The position numbers were made by a program, and so were the translations under genes. A stretch of 64,000 bases of DNA from Oceanicoccus sp. GTDB lineage: Bacteria > Pseudomonadota > Gammaproteobacteria > Pseudomonadales > Dasaniaceae. The stretch covers positions 62,455-126,454 of the forward strand of contig CBFIDJ010000013.1 in NCBI GenBank assembly GCA_965661375.1, written 5' to 3'. Shown one piece after another: positions 50,019 to 62,464 of the stretch (positions are counted from its first letter, which is position 1; every line of letters starts with the position of its first letter). The notes beneath the pieces are model-generated. The model was not told where the DNA came from and did not search any database. It saw only the letters and a program-made list of their open reading frames with translations.

Positions 50019-50738
50019 ATGCAATTTCCTCCTTTGAAAACAGCAACATTGATAAAGCGTTATAAGCGTTTTCTGGCCGACGTTAGTCTCAGTGATGGTC
50101 AGGAGATCACGATTTATTGCCCCAATACTGGCGCCATGACGGGCTGTGCTGAACCTGGCTCCAGAGTCTGGTTTTCTGTATCGGACAACAGTAAACGCAA
50201 ATATGCCCAAACCTGGGAATTAGTGGAAACCTCTGGTGGAGAGTTGGCCTGTATTCACTCTGCAAAAGCCAATGAGTTGGTCAAGGAAGCGATTGAGCGG
50301 GGTGTGGTGCAGGAGTTGTCGGGTTACGAAACAATAAAAGGTGAAGTGAAGTATGGTGACGAAAATAGCCGCATAGACTTTCTGTTAGAGCACAAAGTCG
50401 ATACAGCCATTGAACGCTGCTATGTTGAAGTGAAATCGGTGACACTGTTAACGGCTAATGGCTTGGGGGTGTTTCCCGATGCCGTCAGCCGGCGAGGACA
50501 GAAACATTTGCGTGAGTTGATTGCCATGGTCGCGCAGGGTTATCGGGCTGTGTTGTTTTTTTGTGTGCAACACACGGGCATAGAGCGGGTTGCTCCAGCT
50601 GATCTGATTGACAGGCAGTACGGCGAGGCTTTTCGTGAAGCGCTGGCGGCGGGTGTGGAAGTGATTGCCTATCGGGCGACAATCACTCCGCAGGAAATTC
50701 GGCTAACGACGTGCTTGCCTGTACTTAGCTGCTATTGA
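50019..50738 (+). CDS. sfsA: DNA/RNA nuclease SfsA
   Basis: [44 protein letters not shown]. Confidence 0.96.
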   Translation: MQFPPLKTATLIKRYKRFLADVSLSDGQEITIYCPNTGAMTGCAEPGSRVWFSVSDNSKRKYAQTWELVETSGGELACIHSAKANELVKEAIERGVVQELSGYETIKGEVKYGDENSRIDFLLEHKVDTAIERCYVEVKSVTLLTANGLGVFPDAVSRRGQKHLRELIAMVAQGYRAVLFFCVQHTGIERVAPADLIDRQYGEAFREALAAGVEVIAYRATITPQEIRLTTCLPVLSCY

Positions 50739-50792
50739 TAAAACCTGTTCGTTTGCTGTTAGCCAAGCGATTTGATATCTGGAGTTTAGTTA

Positions 50793-51215
50793 TTATTCCT
50801 GGAGGTTTTTTTCCAGTTTGTAAATTTTGTCGATATAGCATTTTTCTGTATCGGAAGAGTTCAGCAGATTGCCCATGTTATCGTGTTTCACAATAATGGC
50901 ATCAAAGCCCGCTTGCATGGAGCTGCCCGTTGAGGTGCTGGCTATAACTTCCTGGCCGCTAAGGTCAGGGCAGCGACGTTTAAGCGTTAACAGATAGTTC
51001 CTGCTGGGGCCACTATTGATGATCAGTGCCTGGGCGTTGATATAATTCCAGCCATCAATCTTGTAATTCATAATTTTATCGACGGGTTCCCCGAGCGTAT
51101 AGCCTTTCTGACTAGCCAGCTCGTCTGGGCTTGTCGGTGCTTTGGTGGGTGCCTGAGTACAGGCGGTTAGCATAACCAGGCTGCTGAGAGCCAAAATTTT
51201 CAAGCTGAAGGTCAT
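50793..51215 (-). CDS. Lipoprotein, DUF6491-like
   Basis: Lipobox LTAC; I.GW..I...LII....YLLTL...C pattern recalled for DUF6491. Confidence 0.7.
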   Translation of the reverse strand: MTFSLKILALSSLVMLTACTQAPTKAPTSPDELASQKGYTLGEPVDKIMNYKIDGWNYINAQALIINSGPSRNYLLTLKRRCPDLSGQEVIASTSTGSSMQAGFDAIIVKHDNMGNLLNSSDTEKCYIDKIYKLEKNLQE

Positions 51216-51381
51216 TACAGTATCTCCTAATTGATGCTGCTTTATCGGTGCTGCAATTAGATGTGGCGATTTTTAGCGACTATCGCAACACGCTTTCTTG
51301 CTTAGCCTATCAAGTTATCACAATTGGTTTGTGTGGGTGGGTTTGTTTTCTCCTTAGTCCTTCAGACTATTACCGCTGAGC

Positions 51382-51468
51382 AAAGTTCAGGCATGAAAGC
51401 TCAGGCATGAAAGCTCAGGCAAGAAAGTTCAGGCAAGAAAGTTCAGGCAAGAAAGTTCAGGCAAGAAA
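51382..51468 (+). repeat. Intergenic VNTR, 6 x 14 nt AAAG(T/C)TCAGGCA(T/A)G
   Basis: Six contiguous units from 51382 to 51465 plus AAA; no spacers. Confidence 0.97.
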
Positions 51469-51722
51469 TATGGTCAAAACTTGCTAACGCTTAAGTGAAT
51501 TATACTATTAGCTTTTAACGGCACCTATTTTTAAGAGCGCTTTCTGGAAGGAAGTAAATATTGCCGATTTTTCTATGAGACCTGTTTCTCGAATTTTTAT
51601 ACAATCATCGGTTGAATTAGAATAGTGTTACGGACAGCATAACCATCAGGATTAATGACGAGGGATAATAGCAATTTAGTAAATCTACAGTGCATTAGCG
51701 GTACTGAGGGGGAAGTAACTAG

Positions 51723-51983
51723 GTGAGTTCGATTTTTGAAGCTAGCGCGAGTATGACGCAATTGCCTGTAAACATTATTCAGCAGTTTAACTTTACTGAG
51801 GCGGAATCAAGGCTTTGTCTGGCCCTGGTGCAGGGCAAGTCACTGGATGATATCGCCGATGAATACCAGCAACCCCGTTCTAAGTTGCGCGGCCAGTTTG
51901 ATACTCTGCTTGATAAAACCGGTACCGATACTGAAGCCAAGCTCATCACCGTGGTGCTAGCCAAGACGGCTGCAAACACCTGA
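51723..51983 (+). CDS. Stand-alone LuxR-type helix-turn-helix protein
   Basis: FTEAESRLCLALVQGKSLDDIA...KTGT..EAKL, matching LTxAE-type LuxR C-terminal domains; no sensor domain. Confidence 0.7.
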   Translation: MSSIFEASASMTQLPVNIIQQFNFTEAESRLCLALVQGKSLDDIADEYQQPRSKLRGQFDTLLDKTGTDTEAKLITVVLAKTAANT

Positions 51984-52036
51984 CCTATTCCCAATAACTT
52001 CTATAATCCCCTATGCCTGACGAGTCAAAGAAAAGC

Positions 52037-52543
52037 CTACCCTGAAAGACCGGAGGTATTAGTCAGTTGCAACTGAAACCAGCGTTCATCGGCAGAACGC
52101 AGACGTCTGCTTACTTCCCGTGCCATATTCATTTGGATCAGTAAAAACTGCTCAGGGTCTTTTTCGTAAAGAGAATGCAGTGCGGAGGCGGGGATTTTGA
52201 TAGCGGTACATGGCGTTTCAGCTCTCACTGAGGCACTGCGGGGTGTCAGGTCAATTAAAGCGAGATCGCCAAAGCAGTCGCCATGGCTGATGTGGCGCAG
52301 ATTGTATTCCTGATCTTCCCACTCCTTAAAAATAGAGGCCCGTCCGTATTCCAGAATATACAGGGAGTCACCCTGATCGCCCTGCCGGAAAAAATATTCC
52401 CCCGCCTGAACTGACAATGTTTCTGATAGTTCCAATAGCAGGGCAACGCTGCTTTCTTTTATCGCACCGAAAAATGGCATGGCCTGAAGTAACTGAATGC
52501 GTTCGCTTAAAGTCATTCGGTTGTTCTCCGCGCTAGGGCTCAC
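52037..52543 (-). CDS. Stand-alone cyclic-nucleotide-binding domain protein
   Basis: FRQGDQGDSLYILEYG, FGDLALIDLTPRSASV phosphate-binding cassette; no HTH. Confidence 0.88.
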   Translation of the reverse strand: MSPSAENNRMTLSERIQLLQAMPFFGAIKESSVALLLELSETLSVQAGEYFFRQGDQGDSLYILEYGRASIFKEWEDQEYNLRHISHGDCFGDLALIDLTPRSASVRAETPCTAIKIPASALHSLYEKDPEQFLLIQMNMAREVSRRLRSADERWFQLQLTNTSGLSG

Positions 52544-52580
52544 ACTCTAGCAAAATACCACCTTACAAGACTGCTCTTAC

Positions 52581-53576
52581 TTATAATACAGCCGCTAATA
52601 AAGCCTGGTGTTTTTCGGCCACCAGTCTTGGACCGTAGTCGCTGACGACGGTTGCCGCCGCCAGACTGGCCAATTCACCAGCGGTTTTAAAGTTGTGGCC
52701 GTGAGTAATGGCATAGAGAAAGGCGCCGGCAAACATGTCCCCGGCACCATTGGTATCGACAGCTTTTACTTGGTTGGGCGCGATTTTAAATAACTGCTCG
52801 CCATCAAATACCAGAGCACCCTTTGAGCCCATAGTGATGGCGAAGGTGTCGGCTATTTGCTTGAGACTTTCGATGGCCTCTTCGAGGGTGTTGGATGCAG
52901 CCCAGCCATGAGCTTCGTCTTCATTACAAAACAGCAGATTGACCTTGTCGCCGATCATTTGTTGCAGGCCGTCTTTGAAAAACTGCACCATGCCCGGGTC
53001 AGACAGGCTCAGTGCAGTTTTGACACCATTGATCTCGGCAATTTCTCGGGCTTTGATGGCGGCTGCACGACCGCTGTCTGAGGTGACCAGATAGCCCTCA
53101 AGGTAAATATACTCAGAGGCGGCAATAGCGTCGGCATCGATTTGAGCTTCGGAGAGAGTCTCGCTAATACCGAGATGGGTGTTCATGCTGCGTTCTGCAT
53201 CGGGGCTGATCAGTACCAGGCATTTACCGGTCTGGCCCGGTTCGTTGTGATTTTGAGGAAAGCAATCAACCCCGGCGGCCTGCAAATCCCTTAGGAAAAA
53301 TTGTCCATTATCATCATCGGCAACTTTACAGGCGTAATAGGACTTGGCGCCAAAACAGCTGGCGGCAAAAATACTGTTACAGGCCGAACCGCCGCTGGCG
53401 AGTTTGGCGTGGACTAAATGCCCCTGTAATTGTGAAGTGATTTCCTGTTGCCGGATTTCATCCACCAGCGTCATCACGCCTTTTTCCACCCCTATTTCCT
53501 GCAGGTCCTGATCCGTGACTTCGATTTCAGTATCAACCAGTGCCGCACCGATGCCATAGAGGTGATATTTTTTCAT
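52581..53576 (-). CDS. PfkB-family (adenosine kinase-like) kinase
   Basis: GIGAALVD, GGSACN, FCNEDEA, VDTNGAGDMFAGAF with an intact anion hole. Confidence 0.92.
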   Translation of the reverse strand: MKKYHLYGIGAALVDTEIEVTDQDLQEIGVEKGVMTLVDEIRQQEITSQLQGHLVHAKLASGGSACNSIFAASCFGAKSYYACKVADDDNGQFFLRDLQAAGVDCFPQNHNEPGQTGKCLVLISPDAERSMNTHLGISETLSEAQIDADAIAASEYIYLEGYLVTSDSGRAAAIKAREIAEINGVKTALSLSDPGMVQFFKDGLQQMIGDKVNLLFCNEDEAHGWAASNTLEEAIESLKQIADTFAITMGSKGALVFDGEQLFKIAPNQVKAVDTNGAGDMFAGAFLYAITHGHNFKTAGELASLAAATVVSDYGPRLVAEKHQALLAAVL

Positions 53577-53736
53577 TTAACTGTCCCATTAGATTGAAAT
53601 GTCATAGTGTGGCGCCCATTATCCGGTTTGCCCCAATGAATGCAAAGGTCATTTTGTCTCTATGTGTTGCTGTTAATTGCACGAACAATTGCTGCAAAGT
53701 GATGTCTGACGTGGCTGAAATCAACTGAGTAATTTT

Positions 53737-56037
53737 GTGAGTCCCAAAAAAACTTCCTCTAGTTCCTCTTCAGGCTCCCCTAAGAAATCCGGTTTTCCCT
53801 GGGGGAAGCTGTTTTTAGTTCTGTCGCTGCTGGCTATTGGTGCGCTGGTTTACCTGGATGCCACGGTGCGTTACAACTTCAGTGAGCGCCAGTGGCAATT
53901 ACCTGCTCGAGTGTACGCCCGAGCCTTAAGCCTGCAACCGGGCCTTGCTCTGAACGCCGATGATCTGGTTGGTGAGCTGGCCCAGCTGGGGTATCGCGTC
54001 GATGACCGCTGGCGGCAGCCAGGTACTTATAGACGAGTGGGTAATCGTTTCTGGATAGTCACTCGCGGCAAAACAGCCACTCGTGGCCAGCAGCGAAACA
54101 ATTCATCCAATAACGCTTTGCGTTTTCAGCTCAGTATCGAACAGGGGCGGGTAGAAAGCTTGCAGGATGCCGGCTCAAGATCGCTGAGTCGTGTGGCGCT
54201 GGAACCGCTGGAAATCGGTAGTATTTATCCCAGTCATCGTGAAGACCGTATTTTAGTCAAATTGGAACAGGCCCCGCGTATTTTACGCGATATCGTTCTG
54301 CTCGTGGAAGACCGGGGGTTTTATGAGCATCACGGTATTTCCCCGCGCGCAATTGCTCGCGCTCTGTTGGTTAATGTTCGTGCAGGGGCAACGCTGCAGG
54401 GCGGCAGCACCATTACCCAGCAATTGGTAAAAAATGTTTTTCTGTCGGCAGATCGCAGTCTCTGGCGTAAAGGGGTTGAAGCGATTATGTCGCTGTTGCT
54501 GGAATTGCATTACAGCAAAGATGAAATCTTTGAAGCTTATATCAATGAGGTGTATTTAGGACAGGAGGGGCGACGCGCCATCCACGGTTTTGCATTGGCC
54601 AGTAAGCATTATTTTAACCGCCCACTGGAAGAGTTGAGTCCCGCGCAAATTGCCCTGTTAGTGGGAATGGTCAAAGGCCCTTCCTATTATGATCCCTGGC
54701 GACACCCGGACCGAGCAAAGACTCGACGCGATATCGTGTTGGATCTTATGGCACAGCAGGAGTTAGTGTTGCCGCAACAGTTGCAGACGCTCAAATCTCA
54801 ACCTCTGGGGCTGGCTAAAGCCAATGCGTTAGCTAATGTGTATCCGGCTTATCTTGACCTTGTTCGTAGACAATTGCGCCGGGATTACAGTCAGAAAAAC
54901 CTTCAGTCCGAAGGCATGCGGATTTATACCGCGTTTGACCCCATCGTGCAGCGACATGCTGAGGCCAGTTTGTCTTCAGTGTTATCGCGGTTGGATAAAC
55001 CTATCGAAGGCGCAATGGTAGTCACTGATGTACGCAGTGGAGATGTGGTGGCAGTGGTTGGCGGTCGACAAATGCGTTACGCCGGTTTTAACCGAGCACT
55101 GGATGCGGTGAGGCCCGTCGGCTCTCTGGTCAAACCGGCGGTTTATCTGGCGGCGTTAAAAGAGTCTCAGCGCTATACCCTTGCAACACCCATTAGCGAT
55201 GGACCGGTGGAAGTGGCAGGGCACGATGGCTCGATCTGGCGGCCGCGCAATTTTGATCGCGAAAGCCATGGCAATGTTTTGTTACATGAGGCGCTGGCGC
55301 ATTCCTATAACCAGGCTACGGCTCGTCTGGGCATGGAGTTGGGTTTGGCGCAGGTGGTTGATATGTTGCAGCGGCTGGGAGTAAAACGGCATTTGCCGGA
55401 GTTACCATCCTTACTGTTGGGTGCCGTCGGTCTCTCGCCACTGGAAGTGGCGGGTATGTATCAAACGATTGCTTCTTCGGGAAGCTATAGTCCGCTGCGT
55501 TCGATTACTGAGATTGCCGATCATCAGGGGCGAGCGCTGGCTCGCTATCCTGTACAGCAGGAAAGCGCTGTCGATAAGCCGCTCATGCATTTACTGCATT
55601 ACGCGATGCTGGAAGTGGTGCGTGAAGGTACCGGTAAAATGGTCTATCAGCGTTTACCGGAAGATTTTAAAGTAGCGGGAAAAACCGGCACTACGGATGA
55701 TTTAAGAGATTCCTGGTTTGCCGGTTTTTCCGGTGATTATCTCGCCGTGGTCTGGCTGGGGAGAGATGACAATAAAACCGCAGGACTGACCGGAAGTTTA
55801 GGTGCGTTGAAGGTATGGCGAGAGTTTATGTTTCGCGCCAGTAATAAATCATTAGATTTTTCTGTGCCGCCAGGTGTTGCCTACCATTGGATAGATAGCC
55901 GCAGCGGTTTACTGACCAGAGAGTATTGTGAGAATGCGCGCTATATGCCATTTTTACAGGGTACTGCGCCTTCGGCCAGAATGGATTGTAAGACGACTCT
56001 GCCGGGAGTTTTGCGCTGGTTTAAAAACCTGTTCTAA
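53737..56037 (+). CDS. mrcB: Penicillin-binding protein 1B
   Basis: TM, UB2H domain, EDRGFYEH, GGSTITQQL, GSLVKP (SxxK), SYN, KTGT. Confidence 0.96.
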   Translation: MSPKKTSSSSSSGSPKKSGFPWGKLFLVLSLLAIGALVYLDATVRYNFSERQWQLPARVYARALSLQPGLALNADDLVGELAQLGYRVDDRWRQPGTYRRVGNRFWIVTRGKTATRGQQRNNSSNNALRFQLSIEQGRVESLQDAGSRSLSRVALEPLEIGSIYPSHREDRILVKLEQAPRILRDIVLLVEDRGFYEHHGISPRAIARALLVNVRAGATLQGGSTITQQLVKNVFLSADRSLWRKGVEAIMSLLLELHYSKDEIFEAYINEVYLGQEGRRAIHGFALASKHYFNRPLEELSPAQIALLVGMVKGPSYYDPWRHPDRAKTRRDIVLDLMAQQELVLPQQLQTLKSQPLGLAKANALANVYPAYLDLVRRQLRRDYSQKNLQSEGMRIYTAFDPIVQRHAEASLSSVLSRLDKPIEGAMVVTDVRSGDVVAVVGGRQMRYAGFNRALDAVRPVGSLVKPAVYLAALKESQRYTLATPISDGPVEVAGHDGSIWRPRNFDRESHGNVLLHEALAHSYNQATARLGMELGLAQVVDMLQRLGVKRHLPELPSLLLGAVGLSPLEVAGMYQTIASSGSYSPLRSITEIADHQGRALARYPVQQESAVDKPLMHLLHYAMLEVVREGTGKMVYQRLPEDFKVAGKTGTTDDLRDSWFAGFSGDYLAVVWLGRDDNKTAGLTGSLGALKVWREFMFRASNKSLDFSVPPGVAYHWIDSRSGLLTREYCENARYMPFLQGTAPSARMDCKTTLPGVLRWFKNLF

Positions 56038-56051
56038 ACCTGTTTCGGCTT

Positions 56052-57524
56052 TCAATCTATTCGATTGGTATAACCACCTGCATCATGTGGTATAAGCAAC
56101 ATTTGCTGGTTAATACATTGCGGCATTTCATTGGCGCTATGACTAACATAGAGAATATGACAGTCGCTGTGTTCAGCAATTTTATCGATCAGTGCCAGAA
56201 TGAGTTGCCGGTGTTCTGCATCCAGCCCAATACAGGGCTCATCTAAAATTAAAATCAACGGCGATTTCACCATGGCTCTGGCCAGCATGGCGAGACGCTG
56301 CTGACCAAAGGACAGGCGATTGAAAAATTGCGTAGCGATGGCTTCCAGCCCCAGAACCTTTAACCAGTCCAGCGCAATCTTCTTATCCTTGCCGCTACAT
56401 TCTTTGTACAGGCCGACGCTGTCGTAAAGCCCTGAGGCGATGACTTCGGCGACTCGGGTGCGGCCAATATGGTTCAGCTGCAACTGTGTATTGACCACGC
56501 CAAATTTTTGTTTTAACTCCCAGATGCTCTCGCCACTACCACGTGCTTTGCCGAATAGCGTAATGTCCTGTCCGTAGGCTTTGTGGTTATCGCCACAAAT
56601 CAGACTCAGCAGCGTAGACTTACCTGCACCGTTAGGGCCGGTAATGCAGCAGTGCTGGCCCCAGTTAAAACGCCAGTTAATATCGGTGAGAATTTTTTGT
56701 TCGCCATAGCTTACATTAACCTGTTTGAGTTCCAGCAAGGGCTGCGACCTATCAACTATGTAGCCGCGTGCCTGTGGTGGTGGCAAGTCACCAATTTTAA
56801 TCCTGTGATCAAGCGAGCTAAGAGTTTTGAGAATGTCATCCCTGCGGCCGCAGCCTTTAATTTCACCTTGATCGAGATGCAGGATGTGAGTGATGTTTTC
56901 CGGAATTTCATCCAGTTGTTTGACCAGTAGCAGCAGTTTTAAATCACTTTGTAACAGCTGATTGACCAGTACCTGCAGCTCCGCCTGCGCAGCTTTGTCG
57001 AGCCCCTCAAAGGGGTTGTCGAGAATTAACAGCTTGGGCGGGTTTAACAGAGCGCGAGCTAGCAAGGTCTTGCGGCTTTCACCGGTGGATACAAATCGAA
57101 TACCGCGGTCCAGAATATGTTCGATATGACATTGCCGTACTACTTCCCAAAAACGCTCATCTTCTGAATGTTTCTGCAGAACAATTTGTTTGACGGTAGT
57201 ACCGACATCAAAGGCATCTTCACGCGATTCACTGTCATCAAAGCGAATATCGTGATCGATCAGCTTGCGTTGCATTTCAAAACTAAGGTGGAGTATGTCC
57301 TGTGCTGGATCGATCTGGCTCTCACGAAGAATCGAGCCACGCTGAGGTCGGAGCTGATCGGTGATCAGTTCGGCAATAGCACTTTTCCCTGCACCATTTC
57401 CGCCCAGAATGGCCCACTGTTGGCCCTGTTGCCAGTGCCAGTTGATATTTCTGAGCACGGGGTCGATACGGTATGCTGCCCAGATTTGCTGGAAGTGTAT
57501 AATGCCTGTCGATGATGATGTCAT
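56052..57524 (-). CDS. Dual-ATPase ABC protein, ModF-like
   Basis: Two Walker A motifs (GGNGAGKS, GPNGAGKS), LSFGQQR, LILDEP in NBD2, SIWELKQKFG; no TM domain. Confidence 0.85.
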   Translation of the reverse strand: MTSSSTGIIHFQQIWAAYRIDPVLRNINWHWQQGQQWAILGGNGAGKSAIAELITDQLRPQRGSILRESQIDPAQDILHLSFEMQRKLIDHDIRFDDSESREDAFDVGTTVKQIVLQKHSEDERFWEVVRQCHIEHILDRGIRFVSTGESRKTLLARALLNPPKLLILDNPFEGLDKAAQAELQVLVNQLLQSDLKLLLLVKQLDEIPENITHILHLDQGEIKGCGRRDDILKTLSSLDHRIKIGDLPPPQARGYIVDRSQPLLELKQVNVSYGEQKILTDINWRFNWGQHCCITGPNGAGKSTLLSLICGDNHKAYGQDITLFGKARGSGESIWELKQKFGVVNTQLQLNHIGRTRVAEVIASGLYDSVGLYKECSGKDKKIALDWLKVLGLEAIATQFFNRLSFGQQRLAMLARAMVKSPLILILDEPCIGLDAEHRQLILALIDKIAEHSDCHILYVSHSANEMPQCINQQMLLIPHDAGGYTNRID

Positions 57525-57698
57525 AGCGTTCGATAATACGGAATGTTAGCCCTAATATTAGCCCTATAGATGGCTGCGCATCTTACTATATTTGATGCAC
57601 TGTTGGGTTTTGTCGTGCGTACACGTTTTGATAGCTAATTTATTCGATAGCTAATTTCATTGGTTGTTAATTTGAGTAAGGTATAGGTTATTTCTTCC

Positions 57699-58283
57699 GT
57701 GGCGGTTAAAACATATCAGCAATTGTATGAGCGCCTGGATACATTCCGGCCTAAAAAAAAGTGGTATCGGCGGTTTTTTAATCGATCAGCAGTAGCTATT
57801 ATTCTGCGTGAAAGCGGCAACGGTCTAGAGGCGTTGATGATTAAGCGGGCAGAGCGAGAAGGTGATCGCTGGTCCGGTCATATGGCGTTTCCCGGTGGGC
57901 GTGTTGAGCAGGAAGACGAGCATATTCTGCATACGGCGCGCCGCGAAACCTGGGAAGAAATTGGTCTGGATACCGATCAATATACCCGCCACCACAGTCG
58001 TCTGTCGGATATTATGTCGCCGCCCAGCTGGGGACATAAGGCCATGTTAATTACACCGCATCTGTTTACGTTGGAGGAGCTGCCGGAATTGGCTTTGAAT
58101 TATGAAGTTGATGAGGTGGTATGGGTGCCGCTGGAATATTTATTCGATCAGAACAATCGCCAGCTGATTGAATCGCCACCGGAAATCGCCAAAAGAGGTC
58201 TGTTCTGTTATCTCTACGAAGGCCGGCAAATCTGGGGTTTATCGCTCAGAATGCTGGATGAGCTGATCGAAATTTTAAATTAG
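57699..58283 (+). CDS. NUDIX hydrolase, CoA pyrophosphatase-like
   Basis: SAVAII, HMAFPGG, RRETWEEIG Nudix box, IWGLS. Confidence 0.9.
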   Translation: MAVKTYQQLYERLDTFRPKKKWYRRFFNRSAVAIILRESGNGLEALMIKRAEREGDRWSGHMAFPGGRVEQEDEHILHTARRETWEEIGLDTDQYTRHHSRLSDIMSPPSWGHKAMLITPHLFTLEELPELALNYEVDEVVWVPLEYLFDQNNRQLIESPPEIAKRGLFCYLYEGRQIWGLSLRMLDELIEILN

Positions 58284-58306
58284 ACGCTCAGTTATTCAGT
58301 CTGTCT

Positions 58307-58969
58307 TTATTGTTGCTCAATAAAGCGTTTGGTCTGTTCCATCAGTTTTTTTGCTTCTGTCTGTGGTTTGGCCGCTTCAATCAGTGCCTGTTGTGGAATC
58401 ACGTTATTGACATAGGCTTGCACCAGTTCGAGTAATACCGGGTTCATCTCGTCGTTGGTCCACTCCCAGCGCCGTCCTTTAACCAGGTTGCCGGTCACAT
58501 AACCATCGTGCAGTTGTAGCCAGTTGGCTCCACACTTCGAGAGGTAATAATCATTCACTCGTCCGTAACTGATATTCGGTGTATTGGGGTTAAAACCGCC
58601 CTCTGGGATCCCGGTGATTTTCTTAAGACTAAACACCCATTTTGAATGTGGGGGAAATTCGCTGATGTCGGGCCTGCACTCCTGGCCATTGTCGCCCCAG
58701 ACCCTGATCACCGGGTTGAATTCTTTACGTGGTGTAGCGCGATCAAAGAGCGTGGTTTGGATATCAAAATCGAGGGAGTTGCCTTTACTGCTGATAACGG
58801 TGCCGCTGACGATTAAGTCTGCCTGCTGGTGGGCTTTGACGAAAGAACCCTGCCAAATACAGCTGCAATTACCGAAAGACTGGGGGCTGAGAAGTAAACT
58901 CAGGAATACTAAAACCAAAGAATAAATAGGTCTGTGAAAAAAGTCATTGCTGGTTAAACCGTTGATCAT
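58307..58969 (-). CDS. Exported hypothetical protein with a CSC N-terminus (TIMP/NTR-like)
   Basis: Signal peptide, then NCSCIW...ADLIVSGTV; four Cys residues. Confidence 0.7.
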   Translation of the reverse strand: MINGLTSNDFFHRPIYSLVLVFLSLLLSPQSFGNCSCIWQGSFVKAHQQADLIVSGTVISSKGNSLDFDIQTTLFDRATPRKEFNPVIRVWGDNGQECRPDISEFPPHSKWVFSLKKITGIPEGGFNPNTPNISYGRVNDYYLSKCGANWLQLHDGYVTGNLVKGRRWEWTNDEMNPVLLELVQAYVNNVIPQQALIEAAKPQTEAKKLMEQTKRFIEQQ

Positions 58970-59108
58970 GCTTACTGGTCACTGATGGTTAAAGTTGCGG
59001 TGGCTTGCGCCGGAAATAGTAAACTATTTGCACCCGCCGAAAAAAGCTTTCCTCTCCCATTGGGAGCCGGCTTTACCCCGCCAGCCTAAATTGTGCATAA
59101 ATCAAAAT

Positions 59109-59133
59109 AAAAAAAGGGAGCCCAAAGGCTCCC
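59109..59133 (-). terminator. Rho-independent terminator of the outer-membrane beta-barrel gene
   Basis: Minus strand GGGAGCC-TTTG-GGCTCCC followed by a T7 run. Confidence 0.85.
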
Positions 59134-59154
59134 TCAAATGACGTTAGTGAATAG

Positions 59155-59928
59155 TTAAAAGTGGTAGAACAGCCCTATATAGCTACCGTCAATAGTAATG
59201 TCCGCCTTTTCATTATCATCTTCGTATTCAATTTCAAAACTGCGGTAGCCCGCTTCAATGCCAAGGCCAATGCTGGTTTCATAACCCAGGTTGATACTGT
59301 AATCCATCACGCTGTCGCCGCTGTAAGAAATACCATTACCCTGGGCGCCTATATAAAGACCTGTCAGTGGCAATTCAAATTTTACCGCGGCATAGATCAT
59401 GGGCAGGGTTTCATCCAGCTCAAACTCCGATGACTCAGACATGCTGGATACTTCAAAGCCCTCACTGAAGATACGGGCGGTTAGCCCGAGATCCAGCGAA
59501 ACCCAGTTATCCAGAACTTCATAATAGAGGGTTAAGTCGGTATGACTGAGGTCGCTCACTGAGGTGATTGGCTCACTGACACCATAGGTGACGCCATCAA
59601 ATTCGATGTTGCGGTTGAAGGTAGTGTCTTCTCTAATTTCGACTTCAGTCTGTGCCAGACGTAGATTGGGAATAATCGGGATAGGATGTTCCAGCGCAAC
59701 ATAAAAGCTGGTGGCTGTTTCATCGTCATAGCCCAGATCATCCTGCAGGTCGACGGTGTTAAAGGTTTCCGAGTTGCTTGAGAGCACGGAACCTTCAAAA
59801 TCCTGCTGCCATGAGTTGGCGCCGACATAAAAGCCCAGCGTGTCGGCAGCGGCGCCCAGGGGTAGTGCCAGGGCGATGGCGCCAGTAAGAAGCGCTTTAT
59901 TGAAAAAGGTGGGGGTGGCTTGGTTCAT
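59155..59928 (-). CDS. Outer membrane beta-barrel protein (TIGR04219-like)
   Basis: Signal peptide, ALEHPIPIIPNLR, DLTLYYEVLDN motif, C-terminal GLFYHF. Confidence 0.85.
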   Translation of the reverse strand: MNQATPTFFNKALLTGAIALALPLGAAADTLGFYVGANSWQQDFEGSVLSSNSETFNTVDLQDDLGYDDETATSFYVALEHPIPIIPNLRLAQTEVEIREDTTFNRNIEFDGVTYGVSEPITSVSDLSHTDLTLYYEVLDNWVSLDLGLTARIFSEGFEVSSMSESSEFELDETLPMIYAAVKFELPLTGLYIGAQGNGISYSGDSVMDYSINLGYETSIGLGIEAGYRSFEIEYEDDNEKADITIDGSYIGLFYHF

Positions 59929-60011
59929 GTAAATCTCCCTGCAGCAGAGTCAGTCAAAAAGGGCTTTGAAAAGCTATTCACTGAGTCTAGCAGGGAACCG
60001 GGGAATGGCAC

Positions 60012-62358
<2,347 letters not shown>

Positions 62359-62464
62359 GAGATTGCTGCGTATTGTTAAAAAATGATTAAAAAGATTTGG
62401 CGGGGGATTATCGCGGGAATAAGCGTTAAATGCCAGTAATGGGAATTAGCCGGAAAGTTACCGG

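Noticed and set aside
51382-51468. Possible CRISPR array
   Set aside because: The 14-nt units are contiguous with no spacers, and no cas genes are nearby; it is a VNTR.
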